DNA of 62,762 nt, filler included, from Choristocarpus tenellus KU-1152 (taxonomy: Eukaryota; Protista; Phaeophyceae): the NCBI GenBank assembly GCA_964200185.2. It is 7 parts of 7 records of this genome, joined end to end, with 100 filler letters (N's around TTAATTAATTAA, not from the genome) between each part and the next. Parts side by side here need not be neighbours in the genome. Positions count along the whole stretch, not along the records: positions 33,448 to 45,021 come from CAXNAD020002238.1; positions 45,122 to 51,807 come from CAXNAD020007564.1; 5 more parts are not named here. The stretch is one strand, 5' to 3'. Position numbers and translations under genes: made by a program. Of this stretch, positions 37,387-49,639 are shown piece by piece; position 1 is the first letter of the stretch, and each line of letters starts with the position of its first letter. The notes beneath the pieces were generated by a model. That model worked only from the letters and a program-made list of their open reading frames with translations. It did no database searches and was not told the origin of the DNA.

Positions 37387-40224
37387 TTAGAGGTTGATCG
37401 AGGGCTGTGCAACACACACAATCCAGCATAGAGAACACAGGAGGGAGCTGTATTATAGGTAAAACTGTTAAGAACAGGAGAAGGCAAAAGCACGGAATCA
37501 TCTACCTTGCTGATCACCTTGACCCAGAGTAATAGAAGGGTCTTTAAAAATTCAGACAACTTAAACCAAGAAAATATATTTTAAAAGTACCTCCACATTT
37601 TTCAGTTATCACTCTGCCAACTTGCCAAATACAAACTGTTCTGTTGGACATTCAAGAGGGTCTCAGAAGTGCCACGCCCTTCTCATCCATGTCATCCTTC
37701 CAACTTAATAAAAATCTCAACTATTCTGTGTCGAATTTTTCATCACCTGCACTCAAGGTTTCCACCTTCCCAATCTAACAGAATCCGCTTGTAGAACAAG
37801 AAAAAAAAAAATGTGGACATAAAAATGTAATCTTGCGACACAGGAGTTATTCAACACAGCTCACCGTGTGGAAAAGTGACATCTGGACCACCTCCCCAAC
37901 AATGGCCATCATTGCCAGACGCCCATGCTTAAGTTCCTGCAACCGAAGCAACTCCTGCTTCTCCGGACTCTTCTTGCTAAAGAGCTGGACCGATTGGGGG
38001 TCCTGGGGAAGCATTGCCAACGGGTCACTATCATCTTCGACAATGAGCCGGTTCATGGATGCAAACTCTGCACAGGCAATGACTGCAGCGGTGCATCAAC
38101 ATCCCCACCCCGACAAAGTGGATGAAGGGAAATGATGTCAGAGATCTTACAATCACTCAGGAGAAGGTTGAACAAAATCTAGTAAAGGTTCTGAACACTG
38201 TATGGGATGGTAGAAAGCACTTGTCGAGAAGTCAACAGAGACTGCCACTACTCTTATCGTAGCAATGGGGAAATGCTTAAGTCAAGACTAAGTCTGGGTC
38301 AATCCATACTCTGCTTCCTTGTACTCACTGCTCCCGGACCATTTGATAATGTCTACTCCCAAGGACAGTATGTAGACACAACAAACTAATCCCTAGGTTG
38401 AAGGACTAACAACATGTGGATATGTGGCACAATGAGTCTTTATAATCTTATCACTTGCACATATTAACAGGCTTTGTCGATCATGAAAGGAAAATGCAAA
38501 AGATGGAGATACAACAGACAAGAAAGTACGAAAACCGTAAGTCTACTGGTGCTCTATCCCTGCTCTGAGAACTGAGGGTGGGGGGATTACTTACAGCTGA
38601 AGATTTGGACATGGGCAGCCAAGGGCACATTGGCTACAGCCTCAAGCGGACCATAGTTGAACATCTCCCCAGGAAGGTGAACATACTGAGTGGTAAGGAA
38701 GCCCACAACAGCCAGCATAGCAATACGGCCATGCTTTACCTCAGCCGCTGTAGTCAGATAGTGGACGGGGGCATTGAGAGTGGAGAACAGTATTAGCACT
38801 TGGAGGAGAGTCAGGAATGTGCAATGTTTTAACTGTTCGCTCTGTGAGTACGAAGGCATCGTAGATTGCACTCTGTGCAGGGAGGGTTGTGAAAATGGAC
38901 TATAGTAGTGTACGATCCAAAAGTATGTCTTAAAACACAGCATACGTATGCTTGATAAGGTACTGATTGCAAATTAACAATAGCATTGCCCAAAAAAGTG
39001 CTTGATTCCATCAGTATCAACTTGAACATAACAAGAGTGACCTCCCTAACCATTAGCAGAATGGGATTGCGCTCCAGAAAACACTGCATAGCTCATCTCT
39101 TCCTCTGATATCATGCAACTCGCCTCTGACCCTCCACCACTCTCCTCATCAACATCAACACACCATAGACCTGGGAACCTTCCACAGATCAAAAGGCCTA
39201 GTGAAATTCCATCTCCTCCCGAGGTCCTGATGATGCCTCACATTTTCACTACCTCGCTCCCATGCACAATAAGCTTCAAAAGTATTACTCTGGACCCAGG
39301 TCTGGCATTGTGGACTAAGGTCTGGAAAAGGTACAGGGAAACGAAACGGCAAAATCTTTGTGCCATCTTTTGCAGGACTCTTTTCTCCTGGCGATGCAAT
39401 TTGTGAGTACCGATTCCTAGTGATAACATGGAGTGTGATCCTGGCGAAGATCGACCTGATCGACTGATCAAAATTGCCACAGGATCAACCCGTGAAAAAA
39501 AAAAGTTCACCCTTCCACCGCAGCGATTCCTAGCTTAGAGAAGCTAGCATTATGGAAATGCAACACCTATTAGATGAGTGAGATTTTGTCTTTTGCTGCA
39601 CAAACTTAGGACTCTCCGCTCCCTCATTAATGAAATTAACATCATGGACTGGCGAATCAACTCGTTAAAACTTCCTTATACCAGCAAGAATAGGGTCAAA
39701 ATATTTCACTGGAAACTCACCTCTGGCTGAGAATGTAGGTTGGACCAGGTTAAAGATAAACAGGAAGGCGAGGGTAGAATTTGCAAAGGGCAACGATACA
39801 GAGAAAGTACGTGTTAGTTTAGAATACCGTCGCGGCGATGCTTTTGGATGGGAGGATTATGTAACGAATCTCGCCAGACTAATGCGCAGTCGATTGTTTC
39901 GACGCTGTCCGATTTCTTCGATAAATTAACAAGCGCGTACGTACGGATTGAGAATGATGTCCAGAACTCACCGTAAGGGAGATTGATATTCTCGCTGAGC
40001 CCAAGGGGGTCAAAGCCCAAGTCACCGGTCATGGTACCATCAAGCATGGGGGGCCTAAGAAGGAAGGGAATGGAGGCACTCTTCTCCCCAACCATCACCA
40101 CCTGAGACTCCGAAGACGTTCTAGCGGTGGCCACTTTCGACGCGAAGGCACCACGGGAAACAGCCACAGGCGCAAAGGCCTGGGCCCCAGCACAGCACAT
40201 CGCAAAAACAGCAGCAGTCTTCAT
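37387..40224 (-). CDS. Light-harvesting chlorophyll a/c (fucoxanthin)-binding protein, Lhcr-like, plastid targeted; complete, 5 exons
   Basis: Exons 40224-39972 ([19 protein letters not shown] bipartite presequence; SIPFL-x-RP-x-x-LDG...GDLGFDPLG), 39726-39721 (6-nt microexon), 38747-38595 ([12 protein letters not shown]), 38082-37865 ([12 protein letters not shown]), 37404-37387 (PSINL-stop). All introns are GT-AG and the frame is continuous. Confidence 0.95.
39721..39726 (-). CDS. 6-nt microexon (CCAGAG) of the Lhcr gene
   Basis: Pyrimidine-rich tract, then TTCTCAG|CCAGAG|GTGAGT. It converts [10 protein letters not shown] into [12 protein letters not shown], restoring the usual aromatic-x-R-x-A-E-x-KHGR spacing. 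Confidence 0.85.
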
Positions 40225-42197
40225 AGCTATTAAGAGTATTGTTGTTGTCACGTTCAAGTAGGTCTTACGAACAAGGTGTCCTCGAGTCGTCGAGGGTGAC
40301 ATGCATACCTCATGAAGTTCAAAGGGGAAACAAGAGGATTACATAAAGGTTAAACCCATTACATATTAAAATTCTAATTATATTTAACCACAACTCCAAT
40401 TTCGACTTGAAGATCTTCACTCCAAGATACTGTGCGCACGAGCTGCGCGCATAGACAGAAGTCTATCTTCTTTATTTGCAACAGAATCCCACATAACAAA
40501 GTACTACTGATATAATGCAGTATGGTATTAGTATAATATATACTAACATAATATAAATATTACTGTACTACTACAATACCAAGTACTACTCTCATCTGAC
40601 ATGGAACTATATTTGTTCCTTCCTTCAAAGGAGTAGTAGTTGTATGTCTTTCGAAGGGAATGGAAGTTTTCCACAGACTTATCCGATCACTCAAAGAACA
40701 CTTGGTTACAACCGTAACATTATACTTCGAGTACGCACGACTTTTGTGAGGTGTTTACAGCACATAACCGTCTCTCTACTTAGAACATTGATTCCGCCTG
40801 CTTAAGAGTACAACATCATGTTCATGTTGGTAGTAGGATTGTTAGGAAGATCGACTAGCTTTGATAAGGCAGAGTAATACACTGACCCATATAGTACGAA
40901 GTGTGAAAAAGAACACGACTCAGTCAATTTGTGAAGGTAGGACTAGATCGTAAGGTTAGAGTATATTCTATGGAGGGTGGTACATGATGGGAGTCCGATT
41001 ATTAATTATCTAGGGTTGTTTAGTAGCCGTATATAATCCGCTGCATTACAGTCCAGCAATCCTAACTTCCTACCCGGTCTGCAACCACTTGCAGCTCGAG
41101 CAAAGAACGTAGGACACCTACCTTTGGGTTGTGAACTGTTCCCAGTCAGTGCAGCATGTACTGCCACTCTTGGTAGTGTTAATACAGTGACTCACACTAA
41201 TTCCGACCTTTTCAACTACTGAAGATGTGAGGCCTATTTGGAGCAAGCATGTCTTGAGTCTTTCAAGTTGTGGTGTCAAGTTGAACCAAACCCTTCTGTT
41301 TGCAACCTTTATGCGGGAAAGGGGATGTGGGGTGTAACATATGAGTACTCCTTACAAATAAAAGTGGTGCCTAACCCCGTGGGAGAGGGGGTGGTTAGAA
41401 AAAAATAGAGTACCACTAGGAAGCTGCAACACTATAAACTGTAAAATTCACGCATGAATGCCACAGAATGTTTCTGGGTGATTGAATCCTCTCGAGGTGT
41501 TATTTAGATATCGAAGATTGATCTAATTTACCGTGGGTGTCACGGCAGACCTTCCATAGGTGGGGCTTTCCTCTTAGGGTTAGGTTATAAAGCAAAATCT
41601 TGGTAGGTTTTATCTGACTTTCCACATCTCAAAAAGAGAATCATTGTCAGAATCTAGGCAGGGATGGGTGGAGTTTCTGTACATCTCCCTTGCTTGACAG
41701 CTGTGTATCAAGTTCATACTTTGTACTCCAGACAAATGTGATACAGTCTGTTCCTGTGAGTAGCTGTCGATATGTTGGACTTTCCTCGTAATGTGTGGTA
41801 GGATGCGCAGTCGCAAATCCCTCACCTTGTCCATATCGCCATTACTATTGACAAGAAAAGTGTTGACTTGATCACAAAATGGTAACTTGAAAAGTCGAAA
41901 TTTCATACATTTTACAACAAAATGTTTCTGTATGGTGAAAGGTGCGTTAATACTTTTTACCAATGACATTGCCCCTTGGGTCATTGCTCCACTCACAGGA
42001 AGTATCACTTTCGTCCATGAACAGGTGCACCTATCAGCTGACCAGCCAATGGCAGGACATATTCCTACCCCCTGCATAGGTTTCAGTTGTCTAAGCCACA
42101 AAGCTGTATGTTTCTACATGAACAGATGTGTGAGGTATATTCCTTTGCAATGTAAAAGGAGCAGAACCAATCGAATTCTCTAGCGCAGTCCCTATGA

Positions 42198-44458
42198 TCA
42201 TTGGGTCTCTGGAGTCATCATATACCTGCGGGGCAGTAGTATCAGATAGGCATAGGCCAAGAGCAAAACAGATAATTTGAACAAGAAAACAAGGTAAGGC
42301 TGATGTTTCATGTAGAGCTAGCAGTGGAGGGGAGGTAGGGGGCATTGGCAATGTACCACACCATACACTGACCGAATGTACTTGACAAGCTTTTGCACTA
42401 GTCTCTGCACTTCTCAAGTATCCACCATCCTGTGCCTTCAATTTGTAGTTACATGCATGTGCCTAAGAGAATGAAGAGGGTATTGTACACCCATTAAAAA
42501 GACATGTCCTTGACAAATCTGCATACAGCTCTGCCTGACCGCTGCACAACATGTCTTGTTCCTCAACCCTCACAATTGAAGCAAATATCACAACTGCAAT
42601 CTACACCTTTCAACCTTGAGTCATGCGGAAACCCTTACGCATACTTTTCCGTATAGAAAAGAGCCAAGCCAGAGGACAATACTTCTAATACAGTACCAAT
42701 ACTGTTGTACCACAGAAAAAAAACAAGTCCAGAGTAAGGAGCACAGCACACGCATACACACACGTAACACTCAATGTACACACAAGACAGTGAAGATGTA
42801 CAGCCCAAAAGGTGAACCCCCACAAGCACAACCCACCTCGCCGTTGCAAAGGCTGCCACCAGCGAACCCAGCTGGAGCTTCTCGGAGGCACCATATGCCA
42901 GTCTATGCTCCGTATTGGAAAGCTCGTCTACTAAGTGCACCAGCACCAGTGGAGGGAGATCAACCTCCAATACCCGTTGTGCCAGTTCCTTCAGGGACGG
43001 TAAGGGGAGACACAGGGCACTGGTGAGGGGCGAGGGCGTGAGGTCTGAGCTGTGATACAACAGTCATCCTGGGCACTGTTGTGGTGCCAAAGAACAGTGG
43101 CAATTGGGGTAAGTCTCTTCCCCTCCTCGGATTACTCCCCACTATTCCCTACACCCCCCAGAGACTGTCATAGTACTATTGATCAAAAGGTACCCTGAGT
43201 TCCAACCCCATTGCATGGCTACATACTGCTGATGCATGCTCCAGAGTGCCTCCCATTCACGGCATAAATGTATGCACTACCATAAACAATATTAACGCCC
43301 CGGACCCAAGAGCCAGACGAACAAGAATGATTATGACACGCCTCAGAAATAACACACATGTATACTGTGTGGAAGAAAACAATCAGCATCTTCAACAGCT
43401 GGTATTGCCTTAGAGGCAACAACTTCCCCTGCACTCTAATCAATCAATCCAATAACCTCTGCAAAGGAAGTGTCAATGGAAAATGTCTTTATCACGACCG
43501 TACCTGCACAATATCCCCGAGGGCATACCCTTTCGAGGTGGTCATTTCCAGAAGTCCCATAAAGGCATCCTGTGAAAGATCAGGGGCAGCAGTGGGGGGT
43601 TGCGAATTGTTTGCTTCAAGGTTAAGACAAGGTTAGGAGGAGGGGGATGCTTTCGTTGCATGTTTTAGACAAGGCATTGTTTGGATCAAGGCAAACCCTT
43701 TCTTCCGAGTTACTAGACCAATACTTACCGTTTATACTACACATGTAACACACGCAGGCCTGCACGCACGAGGTTGAGCTCTCAACCACCATATGCATGC
43801 CCTGAGCTACTGTAACAGTTTGAACCCCCCCCAAGTACTACTTTGAATGTTAACAAAATCATCGGAGGTGCAACTTCAAAAAAAATATGTTCATCGCATG
43901 AACACAACTTCTGTTATCGGAAAACTTCATTCATACCCACCCGGTGACAAATCCTGATACAAACACGACGAAAAACAATACACAAAAAAGAACGACCTCT
44001 CTGGGCAACCACAAGAGCTACTTGGAAATAAAATTTTAAAAAATCATGCAACCTGGACAACAAAAATTTGACCATTTCAATGTTGGCAGGCAGCACTATC
44101 GAATGCCCATTTGATGCGATCTCATTCATTGCCCCGCCAAGATTGACTTGAGAGCGTTGATATCGCTATGGTTTGAAAATTTCGACAGAACAGAGAAAAT
44201 TTCCTGTACACTTTTTACAAAAATCCGAATTCTGCACAGAACTTTCGGCATCCTAAAAATGCAACTTAGGTACCTCTTCGCTTACCTACACGCATTTCTA
44301 CTTCCACATTTTTTCCATTTTTTCTTTCATTTGTACATCGCTTCATTCAAAGTGTTCTCATTCACCTGGAAGGAGGATGTGAAGAGGGCATTCTGAACGA
44401 ACTCCATATCCTCCTTCAGAGGGGCTGCGGCGCACAGATAGAGATTTCGCTCGTTCAC
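42198..44458 (-). CDS. RFC5: Replication factor C small subunit (human RFC5 / yeast Rfc3 type), last four exons
   Basis: Exons 44458-44366 (VNERNLYLCAAAPLKEDM...), 43569-43504 (DAFMGLLEMTTSKGYALGDIVQ), 42988-42837 (ELAQRVLEVDLP...EHRLAYGASEKLQLGSLVAAF), 42225-42198 (RYMMTPETQ-stop). Matches RFC5 C-terminal motifs KG-x-AL-x-DI and E-x-RL-x-x-G-x-x-EK-x-QL-x-SL-x-AAF. Confidence 0.9.
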
Positions 44459-45021
44459 CTTGGAAGGCAGGGTAGATAGGGCAAGAACAAACCCCAGCAA
44501 TATTAGTAGGTTGGAGGTTTTGCTTTGCTTTCTTTTTTTTTTTGGCGGGGGGGGTTGGGGAAGTTGAAGGGTAGGCAGGGGTAGTACATGTACTATGTTG
44601 ATGTTGACAGTGATGTTCCTGTTCCCCAATCCATTCCCCACACACAAAACATTCGTGTGGGCAATACTCAACTGGCAACAACAAACGCATATCCTCACCA
44701 TCCTTGCCACATGTTTTTGATCCGTATCAAGCAAGCAAGCAAAATCATCAAATAGTGTTTACGCATTCCAAACAGAAGAAAAGGGATGGAAAGAGGTGCA
44801 CACTGCAGCGGTGAGTTGAACAGGTGAACTGGACCCAACAAACTTGAAGATGCAAAAGAGTCGGGATAAACGTGCAATAACTGTCAAAACAGAACATCAA
44901 AAGGGGTTATGATTCAACTGTGATAAGATCTACCATGCTTGGATCAGGGTGGAGTTTGGGCTACTGTAATATAAGGCACATACCTTCAAAAATATGTTAT
45001 CGTGCCCCCCCTCTCCCCTCC

Positions 45022-45121
45022 NNNNNNNNNNNNNNNNNNNNNNNNNNNNNNNNNNNNNNNNNNNNTTAATTAATTAANNNNNNNNNNNNNNNNNNNNNNN
45101 NNNNNNNNNNNNNNNNNNNNN
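45022..45121. other. Artificial contig linker
   Basis: N44-TTAATTAATTAA-N44. Confidence 0.97.
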
Positions 45122-45492
45122 GCAACACCATGATTCCTCATCGTTAGTAGTCTACGCATTTTACCTACATGTACAATGCATTCGATTCAGGTTTCAACAG
45201 GCAGGACCCTCAACCCTTTTCCGTCCTGCTGTGCGTACCAACCTATAAAGTATTAGCGTTTATACCCTACAGTAATAACATGTACTCCTACCTCTGCCAA
45301 GACCACTACCGTAGGAATCAGACCGATTCATCATTTATGTGTCTATCCTGTTTCACTCCACCATAACATCAATAACATCATGGTCAGTCCTTCGTTATTT
45401 CTTCTTCTATGGATTTCCCCGGATACCCCTTGCATTGTGTCTGAATCTACCCACTTAGCTACACATATCCCATTCCTACCGCACACTTATCT

Positions 45493-45749
45493 GAGTCGAA
45501 GTATCTTAAGAGGGTAGCGCCGTATCCATTTGGGTGCCAAAATCCAATGTTGCGATTTTGATGTAATCTTGGTTATCGTTTGTTAGGAAGTGTAAATATT
45601 CATGTTCCGGACACTTCTTTTCATAACGAATACATTTTACCTACTCCTTAACATTTTGGAGTAGGAAAATGTCACAAAAATCCCATGGGAAGTCAAGCCC
45701 CAAATGGACAAATAGCGTAAAACTCGTACCCTCTAAGATACTTTCACTC
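45493..45749 (+). mobile_element. MITE, subfamily A copy
   Basis: TIRs GAGTCGAAGTATCTTAAGAGGGTA / TACCCTCTAAGATACTTTCACTC; flanks ATCT/ATCC. Confidence 0.85.
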
Positions 45750-47425
45750 ATCCACGATGTTTTTCAATGTCACAGTTATCATCCCTCTTGCCTTGTGGAC
45801 TTTCCCCTACCAATTGCGATTTGTTGTTCTCAAGCATCCCTGGCTTTTCCACAGGGCCTTTCTCTCTTTCAACTGTAGGAAGGATTGCTCGCGTTCTGCC
45901 TTGATCCATTCCGACGAAAGCTTGCTCGGAGGTAGTCTTGTTCTAGTCCCTCCTTGTCTTGTAACACCAGCCCTCGGTTTCCTTTGCATACTGACCATTG
46001 TTGAAACCTGAATCGAATGCATTGTATATGTGATACATAGACTACGAAGGAAGAGGAATCATGGTGTTGTAAAGCACCGATGAGTAGGGAGCGTAGTCTG
46101 TGGTATGAGTAGATGTGATTGTGAAGTAAAGAACTGATGTATTTGTTCTGTTGCAACTGAAGTCAATGATCTCAGTTAAGAATTATGTGATGTGAATACA
46201 GTGTTATTTCATGGTATACTTAGTGAAAGAAGTACATGCTCTGTGAAGAGGCTTGTTACCTTGGCTGGCAAGGGTTTCAGTAGATGGTTTTAACTCTGAG
46301 TGTATTACATCCAAGTGTGCGTCAGGGGCACTATTGCAGAGTGGCGTTGAGGTGCTCAGTGAGAGGACAATGACAATAAAAAAAAATAAATAACAACAAT
46401 TACCGTGCATCTGGGGTCTTATTCATATAAAAAGGAAGAACAGAGAAGGCAACAACAACAATATAGAAAGAGGAACACAAGGTAACATTGGGACGCACTT
46501 GATGCAAGTTCCGAAGTAACTTGGATGACGTGCGCTATGATGTTCCTGTGTGTGATGTGGATCAACTGAATATCAACTGATGCTATGCTTCTATCTACTG
46601 TCATTGATGTGATGATGAGTTGGAATGCGCAATAAATAAATGAACANNNNNNNNNNCAGTGCACCAAGCAACAGTCAGTACAAGCTGGTAGTATTGTGTA
46701 TCATATCAACAAGAAGCAAATGAGTAGCCTATGTATTAACAACCATTCCTTCCTACCTTGTGACTCCACCTATCAACCACTTCTTTAATTTCTCTCTTGC
46801 CTCTTCTGCCTCCTAATCACTCAGTACTTCACTCTTCGTTCACCCCTTGCCTACTTTTTCTTTTTCCTACCTCTCCTCTCCTTCCCCTGTGCCAAATTAC
46901 CACCAGAATGTTTCCACCCACAAAGCTCAGATTACTTCATAAACTTTCCCTTTATTTCAATACTTGAACTGAGAGTTTCTCAAGAAAGCCATGTCTAAAG
47001 TTAAGTAAAACATAACAAAGTAAGGCACAAAGCTGCTCGAGATTAGCAGGACACAGCGTAGCAGTCTTTTGTCTCTCAACATTGCAAAGTACAATACATA
47101 CAGCGTATGACATCAAGCTTAGAAGACTGCATTGTACAGATATAACGATGCCCTGTGCAGTGGGATCCAGCTGCAACATACAGGGTAATACTCCTGGTCC
47201 GCCAAACGATACATGCCATAAGTGTCACGTTTAGGTTGGCTATCTTCATGGCATTTGCAGCGTCGTGGATCCTTTTGGCGCCAACGAAATGAAATGTTTG
47301 TGCAAATTGTGCGTGAGCCCTAGCAAGCGCAAGGCTTTGAGTCCTCCACCCGGTGACACAACACGGCATCGATGCACCATGATAAGGAGAATAAGGGTAA
47401 GGGGAAGGTGCTATCAAATATATTA

Positions 47426-49060
47426 ATGGAGAAAGATGCGTCCTACAAGCCTCGTAGTGCCGACAATCGTAACCGCTTGAGCTTTGCAGAGAAGGGGGAA
47501 GCGTTGACAATCCTGAAGACCATGGCGTGAACTGCAGTTGCTCAAAAGCTTGGAATCGGTCACAGCACCCTCTACAAGTTGAAGAAGGAGGCAACAACCA
47601 TCATGGAGAAGGCACAGATGTTGAAGTCTGACGCCAAGTCTACGAGGGGTGCCAAACATGTCGAGGTGTGTCAGTGTGCGGATTGAAAGCCTGAAAGTAG
47701 GTTGATTGTGATCGTGATTGAACTGTCTTACTGCACTATTTGCTGATGAGGATCATTATTTATTCTTTTGAAATTTTACATGTGTTTCTGTTGTACTCTA
47801 TTGTCTGTACTGTGTACTGCAGTAATACTGGTGGCCATTTTAGAGGTTAGTCCCATACAAGGTGTTCCTATATATTTATGAGGATATCTCTAATGCTCTG
47901 GACGCTCTGCACCTCAAACCCGGTGGAAAACTATCTCAAGCTTTCATCGATGCAGTGAGAGTGTGGATCGGTGTGAAAGGCAATGACGAAGTGACCAATG
48001 CCATACTAGAGGACACGAAAGATCAGCTGCTCCAGGAATCCTTGTACCAGTCAGATAATGAAAGCTCGGGTGAGGAGGATAACGGTGGGTTTATGGGAGG
48101 AGGCAGCGCATTGGGGACCGTGTGGAAAGGAGCAGCAGCCTCTTCAGTGTTCTCAGTTCCTCCACCGCTGTACTCTCAACTAGCTGACAAGTTTGCAAGC
48201 CTAGAAACAAATGCCAACGAGTGCAGCATGAAGATGTTTCGTACTAATATATCTCCAGAAAGCAAACCTGGCTTGGCTCAGCGCAATCGGAGTAAGGGTA
48301 ATCAAACAAGTGGACATCCCCAATTTTTTTGTCAGTCGCGATTATTAATTAGCGAATAAGTTGTTTTACTCAATGCGTGCAATGGAGGGTGCATGACGGT
48401 GCAGCTGCATTTGATCCACGATGGCGTTTTTGATTCTGTATTGTATAATATCCTTGTAGAGTGCAATTGAATACGTAGGGAAGGACATCAGAGGGAGATT
48501 GGCTTTGAACGTTGATTTGTCTGTCCAGCCATCAAATGGCTTGCAGATGCTTTTCTTGGGAAGGTGTACTATACATTTGAGTGAATACGTCGTATTGAGT
48601 GTAATTTACCAAAGTTACAGTACTATGTACATATGACACTGGTATACTGTGCAGGGGCGGTGTAGATGTGGTGCTTGCTGCACCACCACAGCTTCATCGA
48701 AATGGGCTCACCAAGGGCAATGTTCACTACATATCTACATGTAACTCCTAAAGGCACATGTGTGGTGCTTGCTGCACCACCACAGCTTCAAAATGGACTA
48801 GCCGAGGGCAATGTTCATGTACATGTGACTACTCCTGAAGGCACATGGGAAGCACATACAGCAAGGGCGTCGCTCTGTCATTGTTCAGGTACAAGTATAA
48901 AGTGTGTACGACCACTGTTGCTCAATATAACATTGGTTTCTCTTGTCATCATCCCTCGGTTTAAGAGAAAAGCGTTCTTATATGAAATAAGAGAGGATCG
49001 GGATATAAGAGAGGGGTTTTTCGCTTGTCCCTACACTCTCTTATGTAAGTACAACAACTG
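47426..49060 (+). mobile_element. Defective pogo/Tigger-like DNA transposon (CENP-B-type HTH pseudo-exon plus C-terminal tail; no DDE domain seen)
   Basis: 47426-47665 encodes RNRLSFAEKGEAL...*TAVAQKLGIGHSTLYKLKK...STRGAKHVE (CENP-B N-terminal HTH, in-frame TGA at 47528, followed by a GT donor). ORF 47862-48359 has an acidic stretch and a QT...QFF end like pogo C-termini. A possible right end ACTG|TA is at 49060; no matching left TIR found. Confidence 0.65.
48667..48847 (+). repeat. ~94-bp imperfect tandem duplication
   Basis: TGTGGTGCTTGCTGCACCACCACAGCTTCA...AGGGCAATGTTCA...AAGGCACATG occurs twice. Confidence 0.8.
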
Positions 49061-49382
49061 TACACGATATTTTTTATTTTAGGAATTTATTATTTACATA
49101 TTTGACCCTTGATGGTGCATATAGTGGTACAGTACCTACCCCGATTTTATGTCAACTATTAAGTACCAAATCCCATTTTGTATCGCTTTTTTCGATGCTC
49201 AAAAAATTAGGCTTTTGTACCGGAATTATTGTATTCGGGCGATTTGGCACAAAATCGGGGAGATAATCACGCGAGTTTGGCTCTGCAAGGAGTTCAGTCA
49301 ACCACTTTCTTTTTATACGTTTTGAAGTCTTGACCCTCAAAATTGCACCGGAGCTATTCCCCCACCTTCTTATCATTCTTTG

Positions 49383-49639
49383 GATTCAAAGTATCTTAGA
49401 GGGTACAGCTGCGTCCATTTGGGGACCAAAATCCAATGTTGCAATTTTGATGTATTTTGGCTATCATGTTTGTTAGGAGATGTCAATATCCTTGTCTGGC
49501 CACTACTTTTCATATCGCATACATTTTACCTACTCCAAAATGTTCTGGAGTAGGTAAAATGTCATTAAAAACCCGTGGGAAGCCAAGCCGCAAATGGACA
49601 AACAGGGCAAATCTTGTACCCTCTACGATACTTTCACTC
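49383..49639 (+). mobile_element. MITE, subfamily A copy with 4-bp TSD (TTTG)
   Basis: TIRs GATTCAAAGTATCTTAGAGGGTAC / GTACCCTCTACGATACTTTCACTC. Internal palindrome ACATTTTACCTACTCCA...TGGAGTAGGTAAAATGT. TTTG on both flanks. Confidence 0.88.

Noticed and set aside
41610-42101. 163-aa minus-strand ORF downstream of RFC5
   Set aside because: Lies in or near the presumed 3' UTR, with no recognisable domain or exon boundaries.
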